The notes beneath the pieces were generated by a model. It did not search any database and was not told where the DNA came from. It saw only the letters and a program-made list of their open reading frames with translations. A program made the translations under genes and the position numbers. From NCBI RefSeq assembly GCF_009914755.1, contig NC_060928.1: a DNA stretch of 64,000 nt; one strand, 5' to 3'. Numbering within the stretch: the first letter of the stretch is position 1; every line of letters starts with the position of its first letter. This DNA is from the human T2T-CHM13v2.0 reference genome, Homo sapiens. Of the stretch, positions 28,436 to 41,239 are shown one piece after another.

Positions 28436-29779
28436 GTTGAGTCAGACTCTTTCCTCCTGTTCACTGCATCCCTTAACCCTAAGACTACAAACCAAGGGCA
28501 CTGCCAAAGCAAACGAAATACAACACCCTTCATGGGCCCTCATAGCTTCAACTTTACCTTAAAACTAGGGATAAAAGTTCCCATTATACTCTGAAACCTT
28601 GTCTACTTATAAGCCTAGCTCTGTACTTAAAAGTTTGTAATATTTTATCAAGTGCTTTGTTGCAAGATATTATTTTAGAAGGCAAGCATCTCCCACTTCA
28701 TGTAAACAATCTGATTCTAAAATCCAAAAACACTGAGAGGATATTTACCAGGATGATAGGGAATAATGACCTATTCTCCATAATTAGACATGGGAAAAAT
28801 ATGATGTATTATATCTCAATCAAAACACACAACCAGTTTTCTAAATTTTCACTAAATGCAATAAAACGCTTACTTATAAATGATCATGTTTGAATGTAAA
28901 AATGCGTAAAACCTTCTTTCTTAATCATCAAACAATTAATGTGGTTGTTAAATTCGTTTTGTATGCAGTAAAATGTACAGTTTACATGTCACACCATAGA
29001 CATTCTGTTTATGATATGGAAAGGCCAATAACACATAGCAATAAATAAATTGGCTAGAAAAACTGCACATGAAAATTTACAATAAAATAGCAATTTCCTG
29101 TAATAAACTATAACTTACCAGTTGAGGTGGAGAGTTAAGGCTTGGGAAAAGCTGAGATGCCAAGAGCAGAAGAGGATTGATTGCCATTATTTCATTATTT
29201 TTCACTGGTTATGGAAGTTGATAGTGAAGGCAAGTGAGGTGAAGAGGCAGTTACTATCCAACTCAGAACCCAATACAGATCTTCTGTCATTCTGGTGCTG
29301 CTGTAAAAACTTTTGAACAGAAAAACTTCAGTGATGTGGTTGTAGTTTTAGGATGAAAAATCTTAAAAGAAAACTTTGCTTGCACTTCAAATTTTAACAT
29401 TCACATTCTCTTTGTATAATACTATCAGACAAAACAGGTCTTTTGCTTTGAAGGAAAGCTCCTATTTCATTGCCATAACATCTCAGAAAAATGTTTATTT
29501 TTGCATCTACATAGCCGATCTACTACAATCTCTCTCAAAGTGCCAACAAGATCTGATTCAAATTCCCTTGTAAACCATCAGTGTGCTTTGCAAAATGTTT
29601 ACATGTGATTTTGACATTCTAGTAATTGTTTCTGAAATGTAATTTGAGATTTGTCTCTAGATAACTTTCTTTAAAATGTGTTACTGTGTTTTAAGATGTA
29701 AATATGTGTTTTTTTATAAATAAGCTTTAATTTGAAAAGTTGTATTGCAAGATATGCACATACTCTGATATTTGCCTAG

Positions 29780-32700
29780 TAAAATTCAAAAGGATCCCAC
29801 TAGAACGGAGTAGCCACATTCCTCCCAGATCCTCCCTCGTACAACTAACAATCCCAGAACAAGAAAAAAGCAAAGAATAGAAAAACTCTGAAGTGTGGAC
29901 GAAAGAAGGGCTGCCTAGTACTCTTGTAACTTGAGAAAGGAAGACACAGTGCTAAGTTCCCTGGGTCTTTTTCAATACAGGTCCTTAATATAAATGCCAC
30001 AGGAGAGCTGCACTTTCAACCCACCTTTCTGAAACAAAGCTCCCTATTTGTAGATGTGACGCTTAACATACATATCCAACCGGCCCTCGCACTACACTTC
30101 AACAGGGGAACTACCTACTAAAAAAGAAGCTTACATTGGATCCAGAGTCTCATAACATAAAATGTACAAGGTACAACTGCAAATCACTTGTCATAGCACG
30201 TACGAGGAAAATCACAATTGAAATGAGAAAAGAGAATCCACACAAACCATCAGAGAAAAAATGGACTGAAAGAATCATGAACACAGTCTCATGAGACAAT
30301 AACTAAAGAGCTAACATTTATATCATAAAGGCTCCAGAAGGATAGGAGAGAGAGTGGAACTAAAAAATTTTTGAATAAATAATGGGTGAAACCTTTCAAA
30401 TTCTATGAAAGATATAAACCTACAGATTCAAGAGCCTGACTGTGCCACAAATGGGATAATCCCAAAGAAATCCACACCAAGACAAAGCACAATTAAACTT
30501 CTGAAGACTAAAAGCAAAAAAATAAATAAAGCACACAGAAAGCACCTAGAAAGGAAGGTATTACTCATAGACAAACATCAAGTGAATTGAAAGGGACTTA
30601 TCACCTGAGACCAAGTGCTGAAAAAATTGTCAATACCATTCAGCAAAAATATATTTCAGTGTTATGATGGGGGAAATAAAGGCATTCTCAAAAAAAGAAA
30701 AACTAAGAGAAGATGTAATAAGCAAGCTTACCCTTCAAGAACGGCTTAAGGAAATTTCCTAAACAGAAAAGCAGTTATAACAGAAGGCTTGGAACTTCAG
30801 AAAGCAAAGAAAACCATAATAAGTAAAATAAAAATAAAATATAATGGGCTTTTTTTTTCATTAGCTTTTAAATCACCTTTGAAGGTTCAGGCAAAAATTA
30901 TACTTTGATATAGTACTCAGTGTAAGTAAAAGAAATACTGAAGACAACTATGATAAGTGACATTTGTATTTCAAATTATCTAGAACAACTACTAAAACAA
31001 TTATTCAAAATAATAGACTAAAATACTATAAACAAATCAAGATGCAACCCTAAACAAAGTTTAAGTAACACAGGGGAACCAAGTATAAGAGAAACAGAGG
31101 AATGAAAAAAGGAAACAAACAGAAAACAAATAATAAAATGTCAGACTTAAATTCTAACAATATCACCAATTACCTTAATTATAAATGGTCCAAATACACT
31201 AATTAAAGAAAGATGTTGGCAGTGTGTTTAAAAAACATGACCCAACTCTATGTTATCTACAAGAGACTCATTATGAAATGTAATAACACCAGTAATTTAA
31301 AAGTAAAAGGATAAAAAGAGACATAGTGTGCAAATATTGATCAAAACAAACCAGGAATGGCTTCATTAATATGAAATAAAATAAACTTCAGAGGAAAGAA
31401 AAGTAGGAGACATTTTATATAATGATTAAAAAGATCAATCCACCAGAAAGACAAAACCATCCTAAATGGATGGTTTTCAGATAATAGAGCCTCAAAATAC
31501 ATGAAGCGAAAATTGATAGCATTGAAAGGATAAAATAACAAATCATAATTATAATTCAGGATCTCAGCACCTCTTTGTTGGCAATTGATAGAACTACTAG
31601 AGACAACATCAGCAAGAATACAGAATAATTGAATCAAAAAATATTACCCAATCAACATAGATGGACACCCCACCACAAAATTACAGAACTCATACATTTT
31701 GTTCAAATGCTTTTGGAACATTGACCAAGACAGATCATATCCTAGGCTATAACACAAATGGCAACAAATTTAAAAGAATTGAAACTGTATGTAGAATATA
31801 GTCTCTGACCACCATGGAATCAAACTAGAAATCAATAACAGAAACGTGAGCAATAAATCTCGAAGCATTTGGTATTAAACAACACACTTCTAAATAATCC
31901 TTGGGTCAAAAAGGAATTTTTAAAAATACATAAACCTAGATGAAAATGAAAACACATAATATCAAAATATGCGGGATGCAACGTAGTACTGGAAGATCTT
32001 GCCAGCAAAGTAAAGCAAGAAAAGTAAATAAAAGGCATACAGATTGGAATGCATGATACTATTTATAATTGTTTCCCCCAAAATAAGTACTTATGTATAA
32101 ATGTCAGAAAACAGGTGCAGGATCCGTATTTGACATTACAAAAGGCTGATAAAAAATTCAAACAAGAACTGGATAATTGAAAGCACATACTTTGTTCACA
32201 ATTGGAAGAGTCCACATAATAAAAACGTCAACTCTCTGCTAATTAATCTATAGGTTGAATTCAATTGTTTCTGTAAATGCTAGCAAGGATTTTCATAGGT
32301 ATAGAAAAGCTTATCTTAACATATATATGGAAGGCACTAGATAGAAGAAAAAAACACTTTTGAAAAAAGAATAAAGTGTAAGAATCAGCCTGCATAATGG
32401 GAAGGTTTACTATTTAGTCACTGTGGTATTGCTGGAGGGGATAGACACATAGACATATGGAAAAAATACATAATCCAGATATAGACCCATACAAATATAC
32501 TCAACTGAATTTTAACAAAGCTGCAAAAGCAAGTCAATGGAAGAAAAGTAGTCATTTTAAAGTTGCTGGAGAAACTGGAAATATATAGACTTTCAAGATG
32601 TTAAAAATGAACCTTAACCTAAATCTCACATTTTGTATACAATTAACTAAAAATAGATAGCAGGCATAAGTGTAAAACTATACAACAACAACAACAACAG

Positions 32701-33970
32701 AATATCTTTAAGGTCTAGGGCTAAGTGAAGAGTTCCAATTGTCATCAAAAGCACAATCCATAAAAGGTCAAATTGACAAATTGGACCCCATCATAATTAA
32801 AAAATTTTACTCTATGAAAAGGTACATGAAGAGGATGAAATGACAAGTTACAGACTGGAAATAAACATTTGCAAGCCACATATCTGACAAAGAATTTATA
32901 TCTGGAATATACAAAGAACTCTGAAAACTTGATAGAAAAAAAATAGAAAATGGTCAAAGTCTTTAACAAGCATTTAACTGAAGTTAGGCAGATACTCAAC
33001 ATCATTTGCCATTAGTGAAATGAAAATCAAAACAATAATGAGATATTGCTATATACCTATGAAAGTGGGTAAAATAAAAATAATGACACCACCAAGTGCT
33101 GACAAGGACGTGGAGATGCATTACTTCATGCATTGCTGCTGGGTTGTAAAATGATACAGCTACTCTGGGAAACATTTTGGCAAGTCTTAAAATGAAAAAA
33201 AAAAAAAACAAAAAACACTAAACATGCAGTTCCCACACGACCTAGCAATCACACTTGCGTACCTTTTGGAGTAATAAAACCTTACATTATACGAAAAAAC
33301 AAAACATTGATGATCACAGTATTTTCATTTTTAGTAGCCAAAAACTGGGAACAACACAAATGTCCTTCAAAGGGTGGATGCTTAACAAACTAGGATGTAA
33401 ACAAATCCAATACCATGTAATACTACTCAGCAATATAAAGGAATGGACTATCTACATGGGACACCTTCGATGGTTCTCAGGGAATAATGCTGTGTGGGAA
33501 AAAAAAAGGCACTCTCCAATGGTTATACAACGTGTAAGTCTTAATTATATTACATTCTTGAAATGACAGAATCATAGAGATGGAGATCAGTAGTTGCTAG
33601 AGGATAATTACTAGAGAAGGAAGCACAATGAGTCAGAGAGTATGGCTATTGAAGGTACCACAACTGATCCTTTTGATGGAAATGTTCTTTATCTAGACTG
33701 CAGAGGTGATCAAATAAATGTACATATGTGCTAAAATTTTATAGAACTAAATATACAGCCACACTAATGAGCACATATAAGCCTGGTGAAATCTGAATAA
33801 GGTTGAGATACTGTCAAATGCCTTCTCCTGGTTGTGATATTATACTATCATTACGAAAGATGTTACCAATGGGGAAACCAGGTGAAGGGTATACTGGACT
33901 TCTCTCTATTATTTCTTATAACTGTATGTGATGCAATAATTACCTCAAAATAAAAGGTTAAAAATAAAAA
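29780..33970 (+). mobile_element. L1MD-like element with 5' region, ORF1, endonuclease, RT remnant and 3'UTR; internally deleted
   Basis: ORF 30405-30590 (KDINLQIQE...KKSTPRQSTIKLLKTK) is ORF1-like. Endonuclease-like sequence spans about 31150-31980. The 3'UTR reads 'ggttgtgatattatactat...gatgttaccaatggggaaac...caaaataaaagg'. Confidence 0.85.
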
Positions 33971-34404
33971 GAATGCTTTTTCCACCAAAGCATTAATGAA
34001 ATATATGCTTATGCATATTAGTTTTAATTATTGTCATATGTAGCATCCTTTTCATATCTTAATAATGCATCAATCATCACAATATTATAAAAATCTCATT
34101 TTGTGATTTCTCCCGCATTACATATGAATGTATTAAATGCATACATGTAAAAATGCTTTGTAATTTGTACATTTAGATATTTAATCCACCTTATTTATAT
34201 TCTATACAATATTAAGTATGAATATAGTATAATTTTTCTTCAAATGGATATTATTTTCTGAAACTGCTTACTGAATTATTTATTCTTTGCCATAATTTGA
34301 AGATCCAAATTTTCTTATATCTGTGTGACTCAGCTCCCGCATCTACAATTCTGTTCCATTAAATTCTTTATATTTACATTTTATATGAGTTAAGATAAGC
34401 TAAT

Positions 34405-34550
34405 TATATCATTTTTCTATTGTTGCTTAAACAAACACATATATCATCCCACAGTTTTTGTGGGTTAGGAGTCTAGGTACAGCTTAGCCAGGTCCTCTGA
34501 CTATAATCAAGGTGCCACCCAGAGCTCAGCTCTCATCTGGATGCTTAACA
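34405..34550 (-). mobile_element. MLT1 LTR fragment
   Basis: 'cccacagtttttgtgggttaggagtctaggtacagcttagccaggtcctctg'. Confidence 0.65.
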
Positions 34551-36470
34551 AACATAAGCTTATGATCAAAACATCACGAAATATAAGGAACTAACACACA
34601 CACTGAATGATGGCTATCTGAAAAAAGAAAAAAAGCACAGTAAATTCAGACTGTACAAAACTATATAGATTGGATTTTGGGATACATAATATATAACATT
34701 CTGATTGGCAAGCAGTTTAGGAAAACATTGTATATAGTAGCAAAGCAGATTAAAATGTATGGAGACAAGCAGTTTAAAGGCTATTCTTGGGTGCATAACA
34801 GTGCCTGGCTCTTGGCTGATACTTGGGGCAGGCTGTGTTCCCAGTGGGGAGGTAGAATGAATTTCTGTAGAGAATGAGGGAAGTTAAAAAAAAAAAAAAG
34901 AGTGGGACTAGTCTAAACACAAAAAGACTGTACTGTACAGGACATAGGATGCACATTTTATCAGGAAAGAGTGTCAGGACACATGCACATGTCAGCATTT
35001 GTAAAAAGACAGGAGTTCTAAAGAACAACAGCAGAAAATAATGTATAAGCTTTGGTCCAAACTGACAGAGCAATCTAACCTTTCTGATGAATCAATGCTG
35101 ATTCCCAAGACATGGAGCTTGAAGTATATTAGTCCGGCTTAAATCAAGATTAGTTTTATTTTTTATTGTTTGTTTGGCCATTTTCTCTTCATTGTGAATG
35201 TTTCGGTAACATGCCATTTTGTAACTTAGTTTCCTAGGTTTCCCTATAAATCTCTCAAATTCAAAAAAAGCAAATCTGGACCAATATTTCTTTATAAACT
35301 TCAGTTATATTTGAGAATTTAAAAAGTTAACAAACTTCAGTTAAATATTTATACTACTACTTAAAAATATATTAACAATCACTATTGTTATTTTAAATGA
35401 AATATACCCACAGTGAACAAATGTAGTTTGTAATTTTCTCTGGATTTTCTAATAAATGCTTAAAATTTTAGAACTTGAGTATACCATTGTTCCTTGTTTA
35501 TCAATGCATCACACTGTCATATTAACTATTTGCCAAGATTATAATTAATAACTTCATACAAGTAATTTACAGCAGGCTGATTATGAGTAATTTTTATTTT
35601 ATAATACAGCAGCTCTTTAGTATATTTTATAATCCATTAAAAATATGATAGAGCATAATGTAAAATATATTTTTCCATATAAAGAAAATGTTAGAAATAG
35701 GCTGGTAGTCTTGAATATTCCACTAGCTGTGATGACCTCATTTGAGTGATAAATTGTTAAGATTAGCTCTCTAATTCATTATAGTCAATTCTTTTGAAAA
35801 TTGTAATAGATATTTCAGTGAATTAGAGAATTAATCTAACAATCTGCCAAACAAGCTAACCTGATAGTTTGAAGCTTTCCTGAGTATAATGTAATTTTAA
35901 ACTAAGAGAGATCCTATCCCATGAGCAACAAATTGAGATACTCTGTGTAACTTAATTTTGAATGGTAATTATATTAATGAAATAAGATTTTAAAAGCATT
36001 TCAAATCCATACATTCCTATAAAAATTGTTTAATCAACCCACTAAAACAGGGGTTAGTTTAATTTTCTAAATTTTGTAAAATGCTTGTCTTTAATAAAGA
36101 CTTATCAGGAACAAAGCGATAGGTTCTTCCTAATCTAGTCACTGAAACTACTTTTCCATCTATGCCATCAGGGCAAAAGCTCACAGGTCTATATATCTTA
36201 CTAGTACAGTGTATCTTATAAATAATCAAAAGAACTTGCTACAGGTTATGTAGAAAATTCAAGTGACTTATGAAATAATAAAATATGAAGGATGTGTTTA
36301 TGAAATTCAGGATGGCATTATGTGGTTCTTTTTGGAATAAAGGCACCATGCAGTTTCTGACTCAATGAGACCAAATAAGAAGTTACAGTGGGTCTTAAAC
36401 ATCACAGTTTTCAGCATACAAAATAAATCATATACATAAATAAGTAGGGTTGCATGGGCCAGGTTATTAA

Positions 36471-36501
<31 letters not shown>

Positions 36502-36512
36502 TGTGTGTGTGT
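36471..36512. repeat. (TG)n microsatellite
   Basis: About 20 GT units with one interruption. Confidence 0.95.
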
Positions 36513-36787
36513 TTAGGAGCTAGTGTGTTGAGGAAATAGAGCTGAAAGGAGAGGATGGTTAAATATTTCTCTTACATGGAGTATTCATGCTATTCTAATG
36601 CCTCTATTAAAACTTCATTATGTGACTTCAGGCTGTAAAAATAGTTTTGTGTCCAGGCAAGTGAGCACCAAGCACAAAATTCCACGTCATATTCAAGAAC
36701 ACATTCATTTTAGTGTCTGTTCAACTTGGGTCTCTGAAGGATCTTCCCTGACTGAGCTGGAAAAAAATTAACCAGTCTATACAAGAC

Positions 36788-36806
36788 AAGCACCCCCTGG
36801 CGGATG
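36788..36806 (-). promoter_or_regulatory. Candidate CTCF binding motif
   Basis: The minus strand reads CCGCCAGGGGGTGCT, against the CTCF core CC(A/G)CCAGGGGGCGCT. Confidence 0.5.
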
Positions 36807-37094
36807 CTGTGTGTTTCCTGTGCTTAGAAAGGTACTTACATATAGTATCTGAGTCCGAAAACCTCTCCCGCTTTCTCTACCTAATAACGTTGTGCCTTCC
36901 CCGCTTAGTTCTCGCTAGGAATTTGCAAGATAATCCATAGACTGGAGCTGAGGATTGGTTCTCTAGAAGTGAATAAGGACCATCGTAGGAAATCCAATGT
37001 GGGAAGAGTTAGTGGGAAAGATTTGTACCATAGTCCAAAAGGAAGATCCAAAATCACTAGAGAAACCAAATGTAAAGGCCAATATACTAATAAT

Positions 37095-37335
37095 AGGCAA
37101 AATAATTATAATGAACACTTATTACATACTTTAATAAGTCCTCTTTACATTAGTAAACGAGTTAACACCCTAACAATCTTATTAAGAACCATTATTCTCC
37201 TTCTCTGTATTTTTTCAGATGAGGAAGGCATCAGGTTAGGCAAAAAGATTATCTTGCCCAAGGACATACAGTTAATATGTGGCAGATCTGGTATTTGCAC
37301 AATACAGAGGCAGCCTGATTCTAAATTCTGTCACC
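37095..37335 (-). mobile_element. MIR
   Basis: Antisense core 'ttttcagatgaggaaggc...cttgcccaaggacatacagttaatatgtggcaga'. Confidence 0.8.
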
Positions 37336-37639
37336 TGGTAGCAGCAATACATATTGCTTTTTAAAGACAAACTCCTTTTTAAGCAATCTCATTAATAAAA
37401 ATTATATGCAAAAAAAAAGTGGAGGTTAAGGTACCTGGCAAGCTACAGGAACTTTTGAATACATTTAATTGTGTGACGGCCTTGTGTCTCTGAAACAAAA
37501 GAAATATTAATGATTATAACATGTTTTTCAAGAGCTAAAATTGTTGAAAAAATTCAAAGTTGTAACCCTATGCAACACAGCTAAAATCACTGTGATGAGA
37601 ATCTGCATGAGCTCAAAATATAGGCAATGTGGCCAGCTA

Positions 37640-38625
37640 TTAAACCCTTGCTAGCCTGACTGAAGAATCAGTCTCAGTGACAGCACAAGGCTGAATCTCA
37701 CAGATTCCCCTATTACTCCTGAAATGTCATATCTAGGCAGTGGTTGTACTCTTGCCCAGTACATGCAGAAGGAGTACCTGCATGTCTCTTGAACACCAAA
37801 GGACACATATATCCATTCTACCTCGCAACATGCTCACTCTGGTGATGTCAACCGGCAACACATCAATGTTGCTTTTTATTTCTTCCTCTTTGGAAGTGAC
37901 TCTTTCCATGGTAATGAACAGCAGAGAGTGTCATGAGCTGTGTCTCTCACAGACTAATTATATTCAGTAGTTTGGGGCATTCATCTTGAGATGCCTACTC
38001 AAAAATATGTCATGAACGGCGTCATGCCCATGTTGCCCTGGCAGTAGATCCTTCATCTTCAAGGCAGAATCACTAAGAGCTGTATTCCACAAATCATCTG
38101 TGCAAGTATGTCAAATGTAAAGGCAAGGAGAGCCAAAAATGTTCTTGAAGTATCCTCAAAGGAAGATGCAGAAGGTACTGCTCAGTTATCACCTTCCCAT
38201 ACTAAGATATTATAATGATCACATATACAGATCTTCATACAGATTGACACCCTGCATGATGGCAATGTATTGCATCTGTATCTGTATAAGGGAAATAGAT
38301 CTTGAGGGAACAGTTTCCAATTCCTTAAAATCTGTGGCATGATGGTGATGTGAGAACCCTCCTGTAAATTGAAGGGTATGGCATCGATATGCATAGACAT
38401 GTATTTTTTGACATGTACTTCTTCCCTCTCCAAACCGACTGGGATGCAGTTTCCTCATTGAACATAATGGTCATTGGAAACAATGATTAGAGAGTGATAG
38501 TTGCCATTATAAGCGGGAGGTTCCTGATACCAGAATGTCAGACAAAATAGCTGGCAAAGATGGAGATACTACAGAGAAAATTAGAGTAAGTTACATCACA
38601 CAGGTGGTCCTAAGCTAATGGGTCA
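37640..38625 (-). mobile_element. Decayed class III ERV (ERVL-like) pol fragment: connection, RNase H and integrase N-terminus
   Basis: Hand translation across frameshifts gives, in order, TASQSVWRGKKYMS, FPYTD, ERVTSKEEEIKSNIDVL, HHQSEH and PRYD. These are collinear with my recalled ERVL Pol motifs AQQHSIIKWKWYI, WFTDG, QRVTSAEEDFNNQVDRM, HEQSGH and PRYG. Confidence 0.6.
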
Positions 38626-38630
38626 ATTAC

Positions 38631-38938
38631 TTGTGTTTTTTGTTTGCTTTTTTTGAGACAGATTCTTGCTCTGCCACCCATACTGGAGTGCAGTGGTGCG
38701 ATCATTTCTTACTGCATCTCTACCTCCCAGGCTTAAACGATCCACCCACCTCAGCCTCTCTAGTAGCTGGGACCACAGGTACGGGCCCACCACAACTGGC
38801 TAAGATTTTTTTTTTCTTTGTAGAGATGAGGTCTCCTCTATGTTTCCCAGGCTAGTCTCAAACTCCTAGACTTAACAGATCCACCTGCCTCAGCCTCCCA
38901 AAGTGTTAGGATTACAGCTGTGGGCCATTACATCTGAC
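38631..38938 (-). mobile_element. AluJ
   Basis: Diverged antisense dimer with TSD tgggtcaatta at 38619-38629 and 38941-38951. Confidence 0.93.
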
Positions 38939-39399
38939 TGTGGGTCAATTATTGAAAGTTCTACAGCAGAAGTCAACAAGTAGAAAATAGAAGAATCAAA
39001 CTAAGAAGACTAAGAAGAAAGTAAAGGGCAAGGGTCCAGGAGAAAGATTATAAAGACAGAATTGAGAATTTGTAATTACACAAAGATGGTACCAAAGCAG
39101 AAAGAGTATGGAAATAAAGGATGTCCAAAATTATCAGGGAATCTAGTATTTTGTTAGTTCACATTAGGGGAGTGTAAGTGTATGTTAACTGAGCATGTGA
39201 AATATATATATACAATATCACATATATGTAATATATATTATATATTTGACAAACTCAGGTAACATACATGTTATTAATATGTGTGTGCATGCATATATGT
39301 GTATATATTTATATATGTGTATCTTATATGCATATAAATTCCATATGTGTAATATATACATGCACACACATATTAATATTAATAATAGCTTCATATTTA

Positions 39400-40960
39400 T
39401 ACTTTAAACGTATTATAAAGTGTGCATTTCAGTGGCTTTTATTATAATCCCAGGATTGTGCAATCATCAGCATGATCTAATTTTAAAATATTTTTATCAC
39501 AACAAGAGGAAATTTCCTACCCATTAGTAATCATTTCACATTCCCACCTTTCCATAGCCCTCAGTAACTACTAATTGAATTTTCATCACCATGAATTTGA
39601 CTACTGTGGACATTTTATATAAATGTAGTCATATAATATGGGATCTTCCTTAACTGGCTTCTTTCTCTAAGAATAATACTAATACTTTCAAAGTTAATCC
39701 ATGTAACATAGCATGCATAAATATTTAATTCCTTTTTATTGCCAGGTAATATCCAAATGCATAGATAGTCCACATTTTATTTTCCATTGATGGACCTTTG
39801 GGTTGTTTCTACATTTTGATTCTTATGGATAAAGCTGACATGGACATCTGTGTACATTTTTGTGTGTGGACTTATGACTTTACTTCTCTCTAGTCTACCC
39901 ATGAGTAGAATCATCATATTATATAGTGACTTCATAATTTATCATTTTGAGGGACTGCTAAACTGTTTCCCAAAGTGACTGCACTATTTTACTATCCTGT
40001 GTTCCTCTATACACTTCATAATACTTTTTATGGTCTGTCTGTTTAAGTTTTAGCTACCGTTATGGATAAGAAATTACACTTCACTGTGGTTTTGATTTAC
40101 ATTTTCCTATGGGCTACTGACGTTGAGCAACTTTTCATGTGCTTATTGGCCGCTTGTATATCCTCTTTAGAGAAATGTCTATTCAAATATTTTACCCATT
40201 TAAAAATTGGTCTTATATTATGCATATTGTATTGTTTAATTTGAGAATTACTCATATATAAATACAAGTTCCTTATCAAAAATATGATTTTAAAGTATTT
40301 CACACAGATTTGTGGGTTATCATTTGTCTTATTCTGTTTTGTGCTGCTGTCACAGAATATTGAGACTGGATAATTTACAATGAACAGAAATGAATTGGTT
40401 TATGGTTCTAGGGCCTGGAAAGTTCAAGATCCAGAAGATGGCATCTGGTGAGGGCCTTCTTGCTGTGTCATTCCATGGAGGAAGGGCAATGATGGGGCAG
40501 AGCAGGTGTGTGTGTGTGTGAGAGACTGAATTCACATTTTTGCTGCCTTTTTTGTTTTATCTGGGTGTCGAGCTGATTGGATGGTTCCTGCTGACATTGA
40601 GGGTAGATCTTCCCTACTCAGTCCAGTGACTGATATGCCAATCTCCTCTAAAAAACCCTCACAGACCCACCCAGAAATAACTCTTTGCCAGTCTCTAGGT
40701 ATTTCTTAATGAAGTCAAATTGACACCTAAATTAACAACTAAATCTTTTCACTTTTTTGATGATGTCCTTTTAATTACAAAATCTTTTAATTTGATGATG
40801 TACAATTTGCGCATTTTTTTCTTTCATAACTTATACATGTGTCAAATACGTGAAACAATTGCCTAACATAAGGTCATGGTAACATATTCCTGTGATTTCC
40901 TTTAAAATTTTTTAGTTTTATTTGTTATATTTAAAACTATGGTCAATTCTTATACAAGGT
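39400..40960 (-). mobile_element. L1MB-like 3' fragment interrupted by an LTR
   Basis: Minus-strand ORF 40097-40303 contains [23 protein letters not shown] (L1 ORF2), preceded on the plus strand by antisense 3'UTR motifs. Confidence 0.85.
40325..40743 (-). mobile_element. Solo LTR with an MST-like half and an MLT2-like half
   Basis: 40325-40495 matches the MST at 20.8 kb. 40535-40740 has MLT2 motifs 'gattggatgg...cattgagggtagatcttcc' and 'accctcacagacccacccagaaataa...aagtcaaattgacacctaaattaac'. Confidence 0.75.
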
Positions 40961-41239
40961 GATGCATATAATTCTTTATGCCCCACATAAAAAAGAGAAA
41001 GAAAAGAGGCCATACTTCATATATATAAACAGAGACTTCCATCTCTTGAACTGGCAGTGTCCATAGTTGAAAAGTCAAAACTGAGCACATACACTACACT
41101 GAATCTTTTGTCATGTGACCACTGCTGTCTGGCCAACCATACAAAAAGCTGGGAAGCAAAGAGTTCTCTCCATTTGACTCTAACTTCATCATGAGTCTCA
41201 TTTATTTTTCTACCAATTAATACTCAAATATAAACTATT

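Noticed and set aside
37740-38200. RTE/L4 LINE interpretation (CPxC-like motif)
   Set aside because: It gives fewer and weaker collinear motifs than the ERVL Pol alignment, though it is not formally excluded without a search.
38219-38458. ORF containing HHHH as a novel protein or bornavirus-like insertion
   Set aside because: I saw no convincing similarity to recalled bornavirus proteins. It is better explained as an off-frame reading of the ERVL-like pol relic.
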